Positions 20,932 through 31,954 of a DNA stretch of 63,948 bases are shown piece by piece. The translations under genes were made by a program, and so were the position numbers. Position 1 is the first letter of the stretch. Each line of letters starts with the position of its first letter. The stretch is from positions 192,801 to 256,748 of the forward strand of contig NW_013657667.1 in NCBI RefSeq assembly GCF_000142905.1, given 5' to 3'. The notes under the pieces were generated by a model. It saw only the letters and a list, made by a program, of their open reading frames with translations, was not told the DNA's origin and did no database searches. The stretch is from Thecamonas trahens ATCC 50062. Taxonomy: Eukaryota > Protista > Apusomonadida.

Positions 20932-23902
20932 ATGGCAGTGAGTATGGTCTGGGCCGAGCTTTCACATACTGGCGTGCCTTGTGCCTCGCTCCGCCTTCCA
21001 CACGCTCTCGAGGCGAGCAGAGCTCTGGAGGCCGTCCTGGTCGCCCTCCGCGCAGCAGACACAGTGCCGGTGGTTGACTCGGATGCTGCCGAGCTGCGGG
21101 TCTACGGCCTCAACGAGATGGCGCTGGAAAACGCTGCTGCCCAACTCGCTCCCATGGGCTTCGCCCTCGGCTCGCCCAGAGCTGTCCCGCTCGACTCGCC
21201 CGAGTTTGTGGCTGGCTTGGCGGCCGCGCTTCCGATGCGCGTCGCTGAGATCCTTGGCGACGGCCATGCGCCGCTAGGTGGCTACGTTGTCGGCGACATG
21301 CTTGGCGCGGCGAGGCCCGGTGAGGCGTTCAAAGGTGTGCCTGCTCTGGCAGTGTCATCGGTTGTCGATGTCGCGACCGGCGCGGTTCTGCTGGTCCTTA
21401 CCCCAGTCCGCCTCGGCGTCTCAAAGTGGGTGAATGATGCGGCTTCACGCGACGTCATTGTTGCCCCACTTGCGCTCCGCGCTGTAGTGCAGAAGAGATG
21501 GAGTGATGGCCGGGTCGAGGTTGTCTTTGATGACCACGTGACAAGCGTCGTTGACGAGTCGGTGCTGTTTGCGGTCGATGCCCAGGCAGTCCTTGCCCAC
21601 GGCAAGCCACCGATTCTGGGCACCAATCTTGGCCCGATCCGCGACACCTTTTCACCTGTACTTGACCCGCGACTGGCAAGTCACGGTCGAGGCATCCTCC
21701 CGCTGCCGTACACCACCATGCAGTCGTTCACGTCGTCTCGCCTCAAGTCGAGCCGGCCTGGCTCGGCCCGCTCGCGCCGCACACCCGGAACTTCCAGTCG
21801 CCCGACCACCCCGGGCACCGCCACCATGACCTCGCCTGCTCCACTGGGGAGCGATGCGTGGAATGCTAGCGAGGCGATCAGTAGCAATGGGCAAGAGGAT
21901 GGCAAGAGAAAGGACAAGGACAAGGACAAGGCCAAGAGCAAGGACAAGGCCAAGAGCAAGGACAAGGCCAAGAGCAAGGACAAGGCCAAAGCAAAGGCGA
22001 AAGCAAAGGCGAAAGCAAAGGCGAAAGCAAAGGCGAAAGCCAAGCGCGCGCTTTCTCGAGGCGATCGCCCGGCAAAGCGGGCAAAGCTTCTGGACAATTC
22101 TGCGACAAACCAGGCTGGCAAGCGAGCAGGCTCAGGGTCGTACTCATCGTCATCGTCGTCATCGTCGTCCTCGTCATACGACTCGTACTCGGAGTACTCT
22201 GAATACTCCAGCAGCTACGACTCATACTCGAGCTACGAGCTACGAGTCGTACAAAGATGGTGGAGACGCACCGGCAGTCGGCGCCGGACTGTCAGACCTG
22301 GGTGGGGCTGGAGACGATGTGGCAAGCGTAGGCATGACCGACCTCACAGGGCCCGTCTTCAACCTCGGGCACCAGTTGGCACGCGAGCCGTGGCTCTCAG
22401 CTGCTCTTCTGTATGAGCTGAGCCGGACTCGCGACACGGTGGTGAAGCAGACGGCGGCATCGCTGTGGGTGGCTGCCGCCAAGCTGACATCGAGCACGCC
22501 ATCAGGTAGAGGCGGCGAGGCGAGCCACGCCAAAGCTGCATTGCTGCAACACCACCCTGTTCCGTCGTCGGTTGTCGACGTCAGCGTTTACGCGCCGATC
22601 CTGGGCGAGGTGATGGCCAGGATGGAGCCGCAGGCTCGGGCACGGTTGTTGCCTGCTCTCGGCTCTGCGGTCGAGGCCCAAGTCCGGATGCTGTTTGCAC
22701 CTTACCCGCTCGCCGGAACGCTGGGCCGCTCAACGACAGCCGTCGGATGGCAGACTGCCGCCAAGCAGATCGCGCAGGCGGCGCCGTCAAGCGGCGCCAC
22801 CAGCGCAATGCACAACCCGGACCCCACATGTGGGCCAGTCACCGTTGGCTACGCAGAGAGCTGGATCGAGACCGATCCCAACTTGCTTGAGCTCTGGTCG
22901 TCGGCAATGCTGGAGCCGCTCGCTGGTGCTGTAGGCGCACGGTATGTGGTGCTAGCGCCGTCCGCTGAATCGCTTTGGCGGCGGGCACTGGCACTCGGTC
23001 GGAATGCCGCCTGCGAGTACGAGACCGCGCGGCTGGGCACTCTAGCTCCGATTCAGCTCGACGCGCCGGGGCTCTCCAGTGCGGGAGGCGTTGCAACACT
23101 TGAGACTGGGAGCGTCGATGACTACCTCAAATCGCTGAGTACTGCACTTGGTGCAGTTCGGGGTGCCGAGACAGGCGGTGAGCCTGCTGTTGTCCTTGTG
23201 GTCAACGCCTTCCCCGAGGCGATGCTGCCAGCGGCGAAGCTCTGGGCCTGCATCGGTGCCGCGGTAGGGGACCAGGCCGTGGTGCGAGTTGTGCCGCTGG
23301 CGGCAGTGTGCGAACCGAGCAGCGGCAAGTATGCCCTCGCTCTGGCGCACGATGTGTACGCCAGCGTGGGTGCGAGCTCGCCACGTGCGTGTGGCGGCGG
23401 CCTGGTGACAGACCACTGGCGCCCGGCAATCGCCGCTCCTACGCTCCGCGACCGTGTTGTCGTCGTTGCTGTTGCGGCCACCATCCGGTCTGGCCAAGTC
23501 GCTGTCGTCGCTACCGACGGTGAGGGCACTCTCGCCGTTCACGGTGTTGTTGCCGCCGCAAACTGCGGCGAGCTGGCGCCGGCTCTTGTGGCCAAGGTCG
23601 CTGAGGCCAAGTGGCAGCCTGGCTCGGCCTTTACCGCCGTCGCTGTTCAGGCTGCGCAGCGCGGCGGCTCAACAGGCCTCCCAAGCCTCGCCTCACTCGA
23701 CTTTGGACGTGATTGCCAGCATTGCACCGGCGCCGTCTTTGTAGGCGGTCACGTCGTGGCTGTCAAGCCTGAATCCGACGCAGACCTTGTCTCTCGGCTC
23801 CTCGCACCGCGGCCGTCGCCGAGCACGCCAACCGTGACCACGCCGCAGCCGCCCCTCGTCGCCCTCCTCGATCACCTCGCGGTTCTCGGCTCTGTGGCGT
23901 GA
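20932..23902 (+). CDS. MED13: Mediator kinase-module subunit MED13-like (frameshift at a 7-nt tandem duplication, 22231-22244)
   Basis: VTVGYAESWIETDPNLLELWSSAMLEP...ARYVVLAP...EYETARLG resembles the MED13 core, and N-terminal VIVAPLALRAVV resembles Med13_N. Removing one AGCTACG copy fuses the two ORFs. Confidence 0.65.
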
Positions 23903-24090
23903 TAAAGTCTCGACTTGTGACAGTATGCAGCCTCTGATCGAGACAGGCGAGTCGATGTGAACAGGAGAGGAAACATGAACCAAAGTGGGAACAACGGCAC
24001 GGGCGAACACTGCTCGCGAGAGGAGCTCCTTTTCGCCTTGGCAAGCCCTCTGCGTGGACAAGAACCTTGGACGTGCGGCAGCCGGGCAAC

Positions 24091-25404
24091 ATGGCGGGCC
24101 ACTTGGGCGGTGCGGATGGGTCTGGCTGGTCTGAGGAGAGTGGAGAAGGTGCGGGCGGAGCATGGCAGCGGGCAGGCATGCGTGTCTCCTTCCGAGACGA
24201 TGTCGGCCTTGCAGCACACGACCGACGATGGGACGGGGTGGCTGGCGGAGATGAGGTCAATGACGAGCCCTATGTCCATGGCGAAGACAGCGAGCGGGGA
24301 AGAGACCGTCGGGAGCGCCGCGAGAGCGGTGAAGATGGCGGCGAGCGTGATGACGACGACGAGTACTCCGAGTCGTCGTCGCATGTGGCTACGGATGGCG
24401 CTGCGCTGAGCGGCGAGGATGTGGCCTCGCTCCGCAACGCCTTCCCGGCACGGGCCGGTTGTGTCTTTGGTGTGCCGGAGCTCGCACTCATTGTTGTGGC
24501 TCAGCTTGCGGATACTGATCTCTGCACGCTGGCGCAGGTCTGCAAGCTCTTCAACGTTCTGCTCGACGATCCGTTGCTGTGGCAGCGGCGGTTTCGCGCC
24601 CGCTGGCGGCGGGCACGCCCGCATCGAGTGTGGCGCTGGGCCGAACGGACTGGCTGCTCTCTACGGCAACTGTACGCGGCCGAGGCCGTCCGCGAGCGCG
24701 CGCTGCGCGAAGCGCTGACCTTTCAGTGGTTCGATCCTGTGGCGAAGCTCTGCTACGAGGCGGTGCAGGTTGGCGAGTGCACCTACGATGTGCGGTACAC
24801 CACGCTGCGCGAGGCGCAGCTTGGATTGGTGCCAGAAGAGATGCGTGGTGGGGGCAGCGCGGGTGCGCCAAGGGTTTACTGGCGCCGTCGGCAACGGCCG
24901 CACTCGCGGACTTCGTCGGCGTCGGGCGACGACTCGGGTGACTCGTCCGTCTCGACGCTCTCGTCGCGTGACTCGACGCTCTCGGTCATGTCGGCCGTCT
25001 CGACCGTCTCGGTCATGTCGGGTCTCTCGGTCCTCTCGGTGGTGACCAACCACTCGGACTCAACCATTGTGCCGTACTCGCGTGGCCAGCTGGAGATCGT
25101 GACGGCGTCTTCATTTTCACTCAACGGCATGGAGTTTGTGCTCGACGATTCGGATCCAGACGAGGCCGTCTTCATCAACAAGCGCAACCGCAAGCATCGC
25201 CTCGTCCGCCTCTCTGGCAATGAGCTGCTGCGGTTCTCGTCCGACGACGACGATGCCGACGATGGTGCGTCGGCCTCGCACGGTTCGGCCATTCTGCCCA
25301 TCGTTGTCGAGGAGGAGGTTGCCTTTGTCGACGACGACGAGTACGACGACCTGCCCTCACCTCCATGCTCGCCTCCCATGGCAGAGAGCTACGTCTCGCT
25401 GTGA
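24091..25404 (+). CDS. F-box protein
   Basis: VPELALIVVAQLADTDLCTLAQVCKLFNVLLDDPLLWQRRF is an F-box motif. Confidence 0.8.
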   Translation: MAGHLGGADGSGWSEESGEGAGGAWQRAGMRVSFRDDVGLAAHDRRWDGVAGGDEVNDEPYVHGEDSERGRDRRERRESGEDGGERDDDDEYSESSSHVATDGAALSGEDVASLRNAFPARAGCVFGVPELALIVVAQLADTDLCTLAQVCKLFNVLLDDPLLWQRRFRARWRRARPHRVWRWAERTGCSLRQLYAAEAVRERALREALTFQWFDPVAKLCYEAVQVGECTYDVRYTTLREAQLGLVPEEMRGGGSAGAPRVYWRRRQRPHSRTSSASGDDSGDSSVSTLSSRDSTLSVMSAVSTVSVMSGLSVLSVVTNHSDSTIVPYSRGQLEIVTASSFSLNGMEFVLDDSDPDEAVFINKRNRKHRLVRLSGNELLRFSSDDDDADDGASASHGSAILPIVVEEEVAFVDDDEYDDLPSPPCSPPMAESYVSL

Positions 25405-25464
25405 GCTTCTAAGCTTGCGAGGTGCGGTGCTGCAACAAACGACGCCTCTTGTTTGCGGCAAGCC

Positions 25465-26220
25465 TCAGCGAGCCCGTTCCCGTGCCCGAGCTCGCGCGGC
25501 TAGCTGCGATCGACGGCCACGGCCCTTGCGGCCACGGCCCTGGCGCTTCTTGCTCTTCTTGCCAACCCGCAACGCAGCGACCCGATCAGTGAGTGTGGCG
25601 ACGTGTGCACGGAGACCAAGCAGCGCCAGCGCCTGGTCAACACTGGGCGCGAGTCGCCGCGTGGCCGCTGCGTCGTCCATGACGCTCCCGGCGCCGTGCT
25701 CAGCAGTAGGCGCAGGGGCGGCCCTGGAGGCTCGTCGTGGCGGTGATCGGCGCGGCGAGAGGACGTACCGCTCTGGGCTAGGCCCAGCCAGCGGGTGATG
25801 CGCGCGCAAATGGGCGAGCTCAGCCGCCAAGCGGTCCCGCTCAGCCGCTGCTCCGGGCTCGTCCGCATCCACTGCGGAAAGCTCCACCTGCAACCTGTGC
25901 AGTCTGTCAAGATACGCGTCCATGGCGGCGACAGGCAGCTCGGGTACTTCCGATGGGAGTCTGGCTGCGACAATTGATGGCGCAGCCGTATACAATGCTG
26001 GTCGTCTCCCAGGCGACCGCCCAGAGGGTGAGCCTTCCAGCCTCTGGTTGTGTGTTCTGTGCCTCTGACCTGTCCTTCTCCGTCCGCCCCTCCGCCGCCG
26101 CGCCAGTGACGACGACTTTGACGGCGACGACTTGGAAGGCGATACCCGGTGCACAGCAGCCCCAGAAGACGGTACAACACCCGCAACCACCGTCCGGGTA
26201 TAGGCACGTGCCGAAAGCAT
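25465..26220 (-). CDS. Hypothetical basic protein with short coiled-coil segments
   Basis: ORF filling the space between neighbouring genes, ATG at 26220, with helical stretches and a K/R-rich tail. No family recognised. Confidence 0.45.
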   Translation of the reverse strand: MLSARAYTRTVVAGVVPSSGAAVHRVSPSKSSPSKSSSLARRRRGGRRRTGQRHRTHNQRLEGSPSGRSPGRRPALYTAAPSIVAARLPSEVPELPVAAMDAYLDRLHRLQVELSAVDADEPGAAAERDRLAAELAHLRAHHPLAGPSPERYVLSPRRSPPRRASRAAPAPTAEHGAGSVMDDAAATRRLAPSVDQALALLGLRAHVATLTDRVAALRVGKKSKKRQGRGRKGRGRRSQLAARARARERAR

Positions 26221-26497
26221 GAGGTGGAGGAGTGTGAGGGCGAGGCCGGGAGGAGGCAGCGTGAGCAAGAGGAGGGGGCTTGGAGGGCGGGAAAGCCCGG
26301 TTTGGCGCCAGCGATTTGATAAAGGTGGAGGTGAGCCAAGAGAGGAAGACGAAGGAGTCAGTCGCCCCCCCCCCCCCCCCTTACCCTGCCTCGTTGCCAT
26401 ATGACCCGATACGGACACGGACACAGCCTCGGAGGCAAAGAGGCACATCTCCCTTCTCTACCCCCCCCCCCCCCCCCCCCCCCCTCCCCTTCTTGCC

Positions 26498-27352
26498 ATG
26501 CAAGTAGAGGACGGGGCCAGCCAATCTGTGGCGCTGGGCATGGTGGCGAGCGGGCTGGCCGGAGGCGCGGCTCTGGCCTCTGGTCTACAGTATCTGGCAC
26601 CGTGGCCACAGGTTGCTGCCTTGCGCAAGGGGACGGTGGCGGTTCCGCCTGGAGGCGCGCCGCGGGTTGTGGCTGCGTTTACCTCGATGGCATCAAACGC
26701 CCTACTATGGGGTGTGTACGGCGCGCTCGTCCGCGATCCGGCCGTGGGCCTCTCGGCCGTCTTTGGTGTCGTTTGCACTGTCTACTACTGCGCCGTGTAC
26801 TACGCAGCGGCGGCGGCTCGGGCGCGAAAGGCTTTTCATGTCACAGTTACGGGCTCAGCGCTGGTGGTCTCGGGCATTCTGGGGTATGTGGCAGTCTTCG
26901 CGCCGCCCGGCATGGCCGCGGCGCATCTGGCGATCTTGTGCGCGGTGACGGCAGCGGTGATGGTGGCTGTTCCAGCACTGACGCTACTATCACAGCCGAA
27001 GGGGAACGAAGGCGGAGACAGAGAGCATGACGGCGCTGATGCCCTCGCGGCTGCTGCCTTTCAGTCGTCGCTCCGGCACATTGCGCTGGCGACGGTGGGA
27101 TGCGTCCTGTGGGCGGCGTACGGCGCGATGGTCGGCGACTTTGTCCTTTGCTACCTCAACGCGCTCGGTGGCGTGCTCGGCTCGGGCCAGCTGGCAGTGA
27201 CTGGCTGGCGGAAGTTTGTGATAGCACAGGCGGCAAGCGCCAAGGATGGAGGCGCCGACGGCAACGCGCGGGTCGGCGGCGTGGCAACTCGTGCCGAGAC
27301 GAGCCAGGCCCGGACGCGGTCGCGGCACCGCGGGCGGATTCACGACGTGTGA
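26498..27352 (+). CDS. SWEET/MtN3-like sugar transporter
   Basis: Two 3-TM repeats: QYLAPWP...NALLWGVYG..DPAV and AVPAL...VLWAAYG..DFVLCYLNALG. Confidence 0.7.
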   Translation: MQVEDGASQSVALGMVASGLAGGAALASGLQYLAPWPQVAALRKGTVAVPPGGAPRVVAAFTSMASNALLWGVYGALVRDPAVGLSAVFGVVCTVYYCAVYYAAAAARARKAFHVTVTGSALVVSGILGYVAVFAPPGMAAAHLAILCAVTAAVMVAVPALTLLSQPKGNEGGDREHDGADALAAAAFQSSLRHIALATVGCVLWAAYGAMVGDFVLCYLNALGGVLGSGQLAVTGWRKFVIAQAASAKDGGADGNARVGGVATRAETSQARTRSRHRGRIHDV

Positions 27353-27384
27353 CGCGGGCGCGACATTGGATGATGAGCAGGCAA

Positions 27385-28311
27385 CTACTGCTGCTCGCGC
27401 TCGGCACGCGGGACAGAGGTAAAGAGGCCCTCGTCGTAAAAGTAGGCCGACTTGACGCCGGTCGAGACGCCGATCTGGGTGGTGGACGACATGATGACGG
27501 CGCCAGGGTTGAGCTCGAGCCAGCGCTGCTCGATGGCAGAGCGCTCGGCGGCAATGAAGAGGCCACAGGCGTTGGCACGCATGATAAGGTCGTATTGGTC
27601 TTTGGTCTTGCGCTGGCGGGCGTTGATAGGCACGTCGGCGTACACATCCTCAAAGATAAACAGTGGCTCGGTGCGAGCGGCCACGTCGGCCGAGAGGATG
27701 GGGCGCTTTGTGCGTGGGCGGCCCGGCACGCGGTTTGTCCACTCGCCGTTCTCGTACATGCCCTCAGCCTCCATGTCATTGGGATCTCCAGCCGTCGAAG
27801 CAGTAGTCGAGGCAGCTGTGGCGCCTGCAGCGGCGCCCGGAACAGCAGCCCCACCGTCGCCTTCCGGGCGATCGTACTCAAAGCCTGGAATGACCGAGTC
27901 AAGCGGGGTCGAGTCCTTCTTGCCCTTCTTCTTGGTGGCGGCGGGTGCCTTGCGGGCCGGCTTGGCAGCCGGGGCTTTGCGCTTTCGTGCAGCGGTCTTG
28001 TTTGTCTTGCGCTTGCGCTTGGATGGCGGCATGAGAAAGTCCTCGTCCTCATCCTCGTCCACCAACTCATCCGAGCAAAAGTCGTCGTCTTCGGGCTCGT
28101 CCGACGGCACAAACTCGGAGCTAGCCGACGGCGACTCTGGCTGGTACGACGACGAGAGATCGTCCGACGATGACGCCCACTGCTTGGACTTCTTCTTCCG
28201 CTTCTTCTTCTTCTTCTTCTTCTTCTTCTTCTTCTTCTTCACCTCGATCGATGACAACGACGAAGACATCGACGACGACAGCAGCGACTCGTCGTCGTCT
28301 GAGAACGACAT
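27385..28311 (-). CDS. Hypothetical Lys/acidic-rich (probably nuclear) protein
   Basis: Poly-K tract encoded by (AAG)n, acidic tracts, NLS-like KRKRK and a globular-looking C-terminus. Confidence 0.6.
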   Translation of the reverse strand: MSFSDDDESLLSSSMSSSLSSIEVKKKKKKKKKKKKKRKKKSKQWASSSDDLSSSYQPESPSASSEFVPSDEPEDDDFCSDELVDEDEDEDFLMPPSKRKRKTNKTAARKRKAPAAKPARKAPAATKKKGKKDSTPLDSVIPGFEYDRPEGDGGAAVPGAAAGATAASTTASTAGDPNDMEAEGMYENGEWTNRVPGRPRTKRPILSADVAARTEPLFIFEDVYADVPINARQRKTKDQYDLIMRANACGLFIAAERSAIEQRWLELNPGAVIMSSTTQIGVSTGVKSAYFYDEGLFTSVPRAEREQQ

Positions 28312-28745
28312 GGCGGTGGAGGGGTGGGGGTGGAAAGAGAGATAGAGATAGGTCTTTTGTGTGTGTGAGAGAGAGAGAGGGGTGTGCGTTGTTAGTGACG
28401 CGTGTGTCCGCGTGTGCGTGTGTGTCTGGAGCAGAGAGAGGTGGGGAAGGGGGGTAACGCTACGCTGGGGTTGTCACCCGCCCGTGATCGGAGCCCGGGT
28501 CACAGCGGACGGCGACTCGCCGAGCAAACCGAGGCGACTGGCCAGGCCAGGCCAGCAGCGGTGGATTCGTTGATTTGTTCGACAGCCGGAAGGGCAACGG
28601 TTTCGCCCCGGTTTTCGCCAGCAAAGAGGTTTGCGATGGCTAGCAGAGACGAGGGAGGCCAAGGCGTGCACAGGCTGCAGACTCCTCGTCACCGCTTCCT
28701 GCCGCCACTCCCTTTCTTGGACAAAGTGGCCTTGAGGTGGTTGTC

Positions 28746-29495
28746 ATGAAGGGCACCCGGCTGAGAACCAACCCCAACACGTACTACAATGGTTTGGTGG
28801 CTGTCCGCCACGCCGTCCGGGCGCCGGCAAGCTACGAGCTGAAGGCCAGCCTCAAGTCGCGGCTGCTTGACGCGCCGGCTGTGGCGCCGCCAACACGGCG
28901 AGGCCTGTATCTTGATGAGACTGTGTCGTTGGGTGCAAAGGAGGGCATCGAGGAGAGTGAGGCGGCGGATTCCGGGCGAGCTGAGCAGAGCAGGGTCCTG
29001 CCGCCGCAGGTGGTGGTGGTCGAGCCGGACGAGCACGAGCTGGCCCCATTCGAAAAGGACACGGCCGCAGCGCTTATCGGCGACCCGCCGGTCTTTATGA
29101 AGTCGCGCAACACCATCGAGAGTGCTCGCTTTACTCGCAGGTCGCAGGCAGGGCGCGATGCGCTGCTGGAGAAGGAGCTCATGCGGTCGGCGCTCGCCCG
29201 GCGGCGGCAGGAGCCGGCAGATCTTGACGAGACGCTGACGCTCAACGAGGGTGGCGCGTTTGCGCCTGAGTCGTACGCGTCTATTGCGCCCAAGAACGGC
29301 GGCTCGCTCGGCGCCCGCCGCTTTGCCCAAGTCTCGCGCTCCAGCGGGCGTAAGCCGTACCCGACCCGCTACGAGCGCGCGTATCCCATCGCAGGCTACG
29401 CAGGCCACATTCCGACAACCAACGCACTGCTCGAGGCGGGTTACACCAACATGCTGCGGATTGACGGCAACCGCGACTTTGGCTACGGATCATGA
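28746..29495 (+). CDS. Hypothetical protein with a GYxGHIP (PYG-like) motif, possibly a ciliary microtubule inner protein
   Basis: C-terminal YPIAGYAGHIP motif. Confidence 0.55.
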   Translation: MKGTRLRTNPNTYYNGLVAVRHAVRAPASYELKASLKSRLLDAPAVAPPTRRGLYLDETVSLGAKEGIEESEAADSGRAEQSRVLPPQVVVVEPDEHELAPFEKDTAAALIGDPPVFMKSRNTIESARFTRRSQAGRDALLEKELMRSALARRRQEPADLDETLTLNEGGAFAPESYASIAPKNGGSLGARRFAQVSRSSGRKPYPTRYERAYPIAGYAGHIPTTNALLEAGYTNMLRIDGNRDFGYGS

Positions 29496-29542
29496 GCCTA
29501 GCAGTGGGCAATAAAGCGGGCAGAATGTGTGGGAGTTTGCGG

Positions 29543-31954
29543 CTAGGCGGCGATGAGCCCGTGGTACACCGCCATCCAGTAAGGAAGCAGCCAGACGCCC
29601 GGGTCGGGCTCGGACATGCCGGAGCCCTGGTTGGCGATCTTGAACGGGTTCGAGTTCCAGCGGGAGAAGATCTGCTCGTCGTAGGGGATGAGGTTGACGG
29701 CCTGCGGCCCGCCGCCACGGGTGGCGACCGGCATGGGCACGAGGTCGATGCGCTGGGTGGTGTCGGTCGGCCAGGTGAGGATAGAGGTCGGCCACTGGCG
29801 CAGGGAGTCGCGAGCATCGGCAATGAGCGGCTCGTTGCTCGGCGCCGCTGCGCCGCCGTGGCCGACGGCGTACACGGTGTTCCACAGCGGCGACTTTTCG
29901 GTGGCGATGCGCGCAAACACTCCCTCCATGCCGAGCATCATCGACGACTTGAAAGCTGCGGTCGCCGAAGGCGCGAGCTGCATAGTGGCGAGCGGAGTAA
30001 AGTTGAGCTCGTCGTCGGAAAAGTTGTCATCCTTGGGCCACGTGATCTTGGTGTTGATGATGTTGACGTCATAGCCGTGCTTGGCAATGAGGTCCTCGAG
30101 AGCCTTGGTGTACTTGGCGTCGCCGGTGAGCTCGTAGGCAACCGAGAGGAAGCCCATGACCTGCAGCGAGTTGAGCCCGCGCTCGTCGCGCCACGAGTAC
30201 TTGCCGTTGAGGTAGCGCGGCGACCAGACGCCCCAAGTGGTCCGGTTGCCGTAGTGGCCGAACAGCAGGTAGTCGTGCTCGATGAGCGTGTCCATGAGGT
30301 TGGTGACAAGGGCAACGACGCGCGCCTTTTCGGCCGCCGTCTTGGCCACACCCATGCGGAAAGTGACGGCTGCGCCGAAAAAGTGGCCGGTGATCTCATC
30401 TGACGACGTATCGCCCTTCCACTCGAGCTTGCCGGCGTACTCGGGGTTGGTCGAGTTCCACCAGAGGCCAGCGCCGCGGCCGGGAGTGCCAACCGGCCAC
30501 ACCGAGCGCGCCGGGTAGCCCTTGATGTTGGTCACGTTGTTGAGCAGCTCAAGGCCCTCAAAGTAGTGCCAGGCGAGCGCACGATCGGCCTCGGCTCCGG
30601 TCACCGCGTACTTGTACGAGAGGCCACCGAGGAGGAGGCCGGTCCACAGCCCGTTGTTGTCGTTGGGCATGTCGTACCAGGAATCAACCTGACCAAACTT
30701 GGCCAGCCCGCAGTCGCCGGCCAGCCCGTATCGATCGTGCCGCGAGAGCATGGCCTCATAGATCTTGACCTTGCTCGCAAGCGTTGTCGGCGTGAGTGAG
30801 AGAAGGGTGAGCCCAGTCTCGGTTGCCGCCACCACCACCCCTGAGCCCGAGATGGCAAGGGCAGAGATCGTCGAGCCGGCGATCCACCGCGGGCCAGAGT
30901 AGTACGACCACGTCCCGGACGTGATGTGCCGGATGACGATACCGTTGATGGTGCCCACAAACAGCTTGGTCTCGCCGGCAAACGCGCCTGAGCCATGCCA
31001 AACCGCAGCCGCAGTCATGTTGGCAAACGGCAGGCCGGCGAGCGCCGGGTTCCGTGCAATGCCATCAAACCTAAGAATCTGCAGGTTCGGCTGCATCACC
31101 GTCAGCGCGTCCTTGGCCGCCATCCACAGTGAGCCAGCCTTGGAGTCGAAAGCCAGCGCCGATGGCGAGGCGGCGATGAACCCGTGGCGGTAGACCCAGC
31201 GCCAGACGCCACCGTCGAGGTGGAACATCGCGCGGTGCGTCGAGACCGCAAGCACGTGCGTCGTCGGGTTGTACGCCAGCGCGCGCACAAGCTCCAGCTC
31301 GGGCGCATGATCCGGGAGTGCAGACGCCGGCACGCGCACAGGAGTCGCTCCAACCTCGCACTCGAGCGACCACAGGCCTTCAGCGTCGCCGATCCAAGCG
31401 CCACCGTCTGCGCCAACCACCACCGGGTTGGTCAAGTTGGTGAACGAACCCAAAAAGGTGATGCACTCGGCGGCGCCGCTCCGGTGGGAGTCAGCAGCGC
31501 GAACCACAACGTCGTCATCAGCAGAGCCAGCGAGAGCTGCAAAGAGGCTGGCCTCGGGGCAGAAAAAGCCGCCATCAGGGTTGACGACAAGAATCCATCC
31601 GCCGCCGCTGGCCATGCGGAGGCCAGGCTTGGTGGGTGGGAGGCCTGCCGGGAGCTCGACAGCCTTGGCCGGAGCCTCTGGCGACGCCGCGTTGACCAGA
31701 TACAGGCCGCCAGCTGTGGCCGCCACCACCGCATCTGGAAGAGAGACAAGCGGAGCAAGCGAGACGACCGGTGTAGCAGCCGGAATCCCATTGACCGGCC
31801 ACGCCGCAGCGTTGCTTGCCGACTTGTACACGGTCCGGGTGGAAAACGGCTGCAGGTACGGGCTGTCCTCCAGCGGGAAGGCTGCTCCGTCCACAGCCTG
31901 TGCCACTAGCACCAGCACCACCATCAGTGCCACGAGTTTTGGCATACCCTTCAT
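29543..31954 (-). CDS. Secreted protein with a beta-propeller-like N-terminal half and an alpha-helical barrel (glycosidase-like) C-terminal half, bacterial-type family
   Basis: Signal peptide, propeller-like strands, and motifs NDNNGLWTG, WKGDTSSDE, NFSDDEL and WLLPYWMAVYHGLI. Intronless, 803 aa. Confidence 0.75.
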   Translation of the reverse strand: MKGMPKLVALMVVLVLVAQAVDGAAFPLEDSPYLQPFSTRTVYKSASNAAAWPVNGIPAATPVVSLAPLVSLPDAVVAATAGGLYLVNAASPEAPAKAVELPAGLPPTKPGLRMASGGGWILVVNPDGGFFCPEASLFAALAGSADDDVVVRAADSHRSGAAECITFLGSFTNLTNPVVVGADGGAWIGDAEGLWSLECEVGATPVRVPASALPDHAPELELVRALAYNPTTHVLAVSTHRAMFHLDGGVWRWVYRHGFIAASPSALAFDSKAGSLWMAAKDALTVMQPNLQILRFDGIARNPALAGLPFANMTAAAVWHGSGAFAGETKLFVGTINGIVIRHITSGTWSYYSGPRWIAGSTISALAISGSGVVVAATETGLTLLSLTPTTLASKVKIYEAMLSRHDRYGLAGDCGLAKFGQVDSWYDMPNDNNGLWTGLLLGGLSYKYAVTGAEADRALAWHYFEGLELLNNVTNIKGYPARSVWPVGTPGRGAGLWWNSTNPEYAGKLEWKGDTSSDEITGHFFGAAVTFRMGVAKTAAEKARVVALVTNLMDTLIEHDYLLFGHYGNRTTWGVWSPRYLNGKYSWRDERGLNSLQVMGFLSVAYELTGDAKYTKALEDLIAKHGYDVNIINTKITWPKDDNFSDDELNFTPLATMQLAPSATAAFKSSMMLGMEGVFARIATEKSPLWNTVYAVGHGGAAAPSNEPLIADARDSLRQWPTSILTWPTDTTQRIDLVPMPVATRGGGPQAVNLIPYDEQIFSRWNSNPFKIANQGSGMSEPDPGVWLLPYWMAVYHGLIAA

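Noticed and set aside
20932-25404. Functional link between MED13 and the adjacent F-box gene (by analogy with FBW7)
   Set aside because: The F-box protein has no WD40 repeats, and adjacency alone is not evidence.
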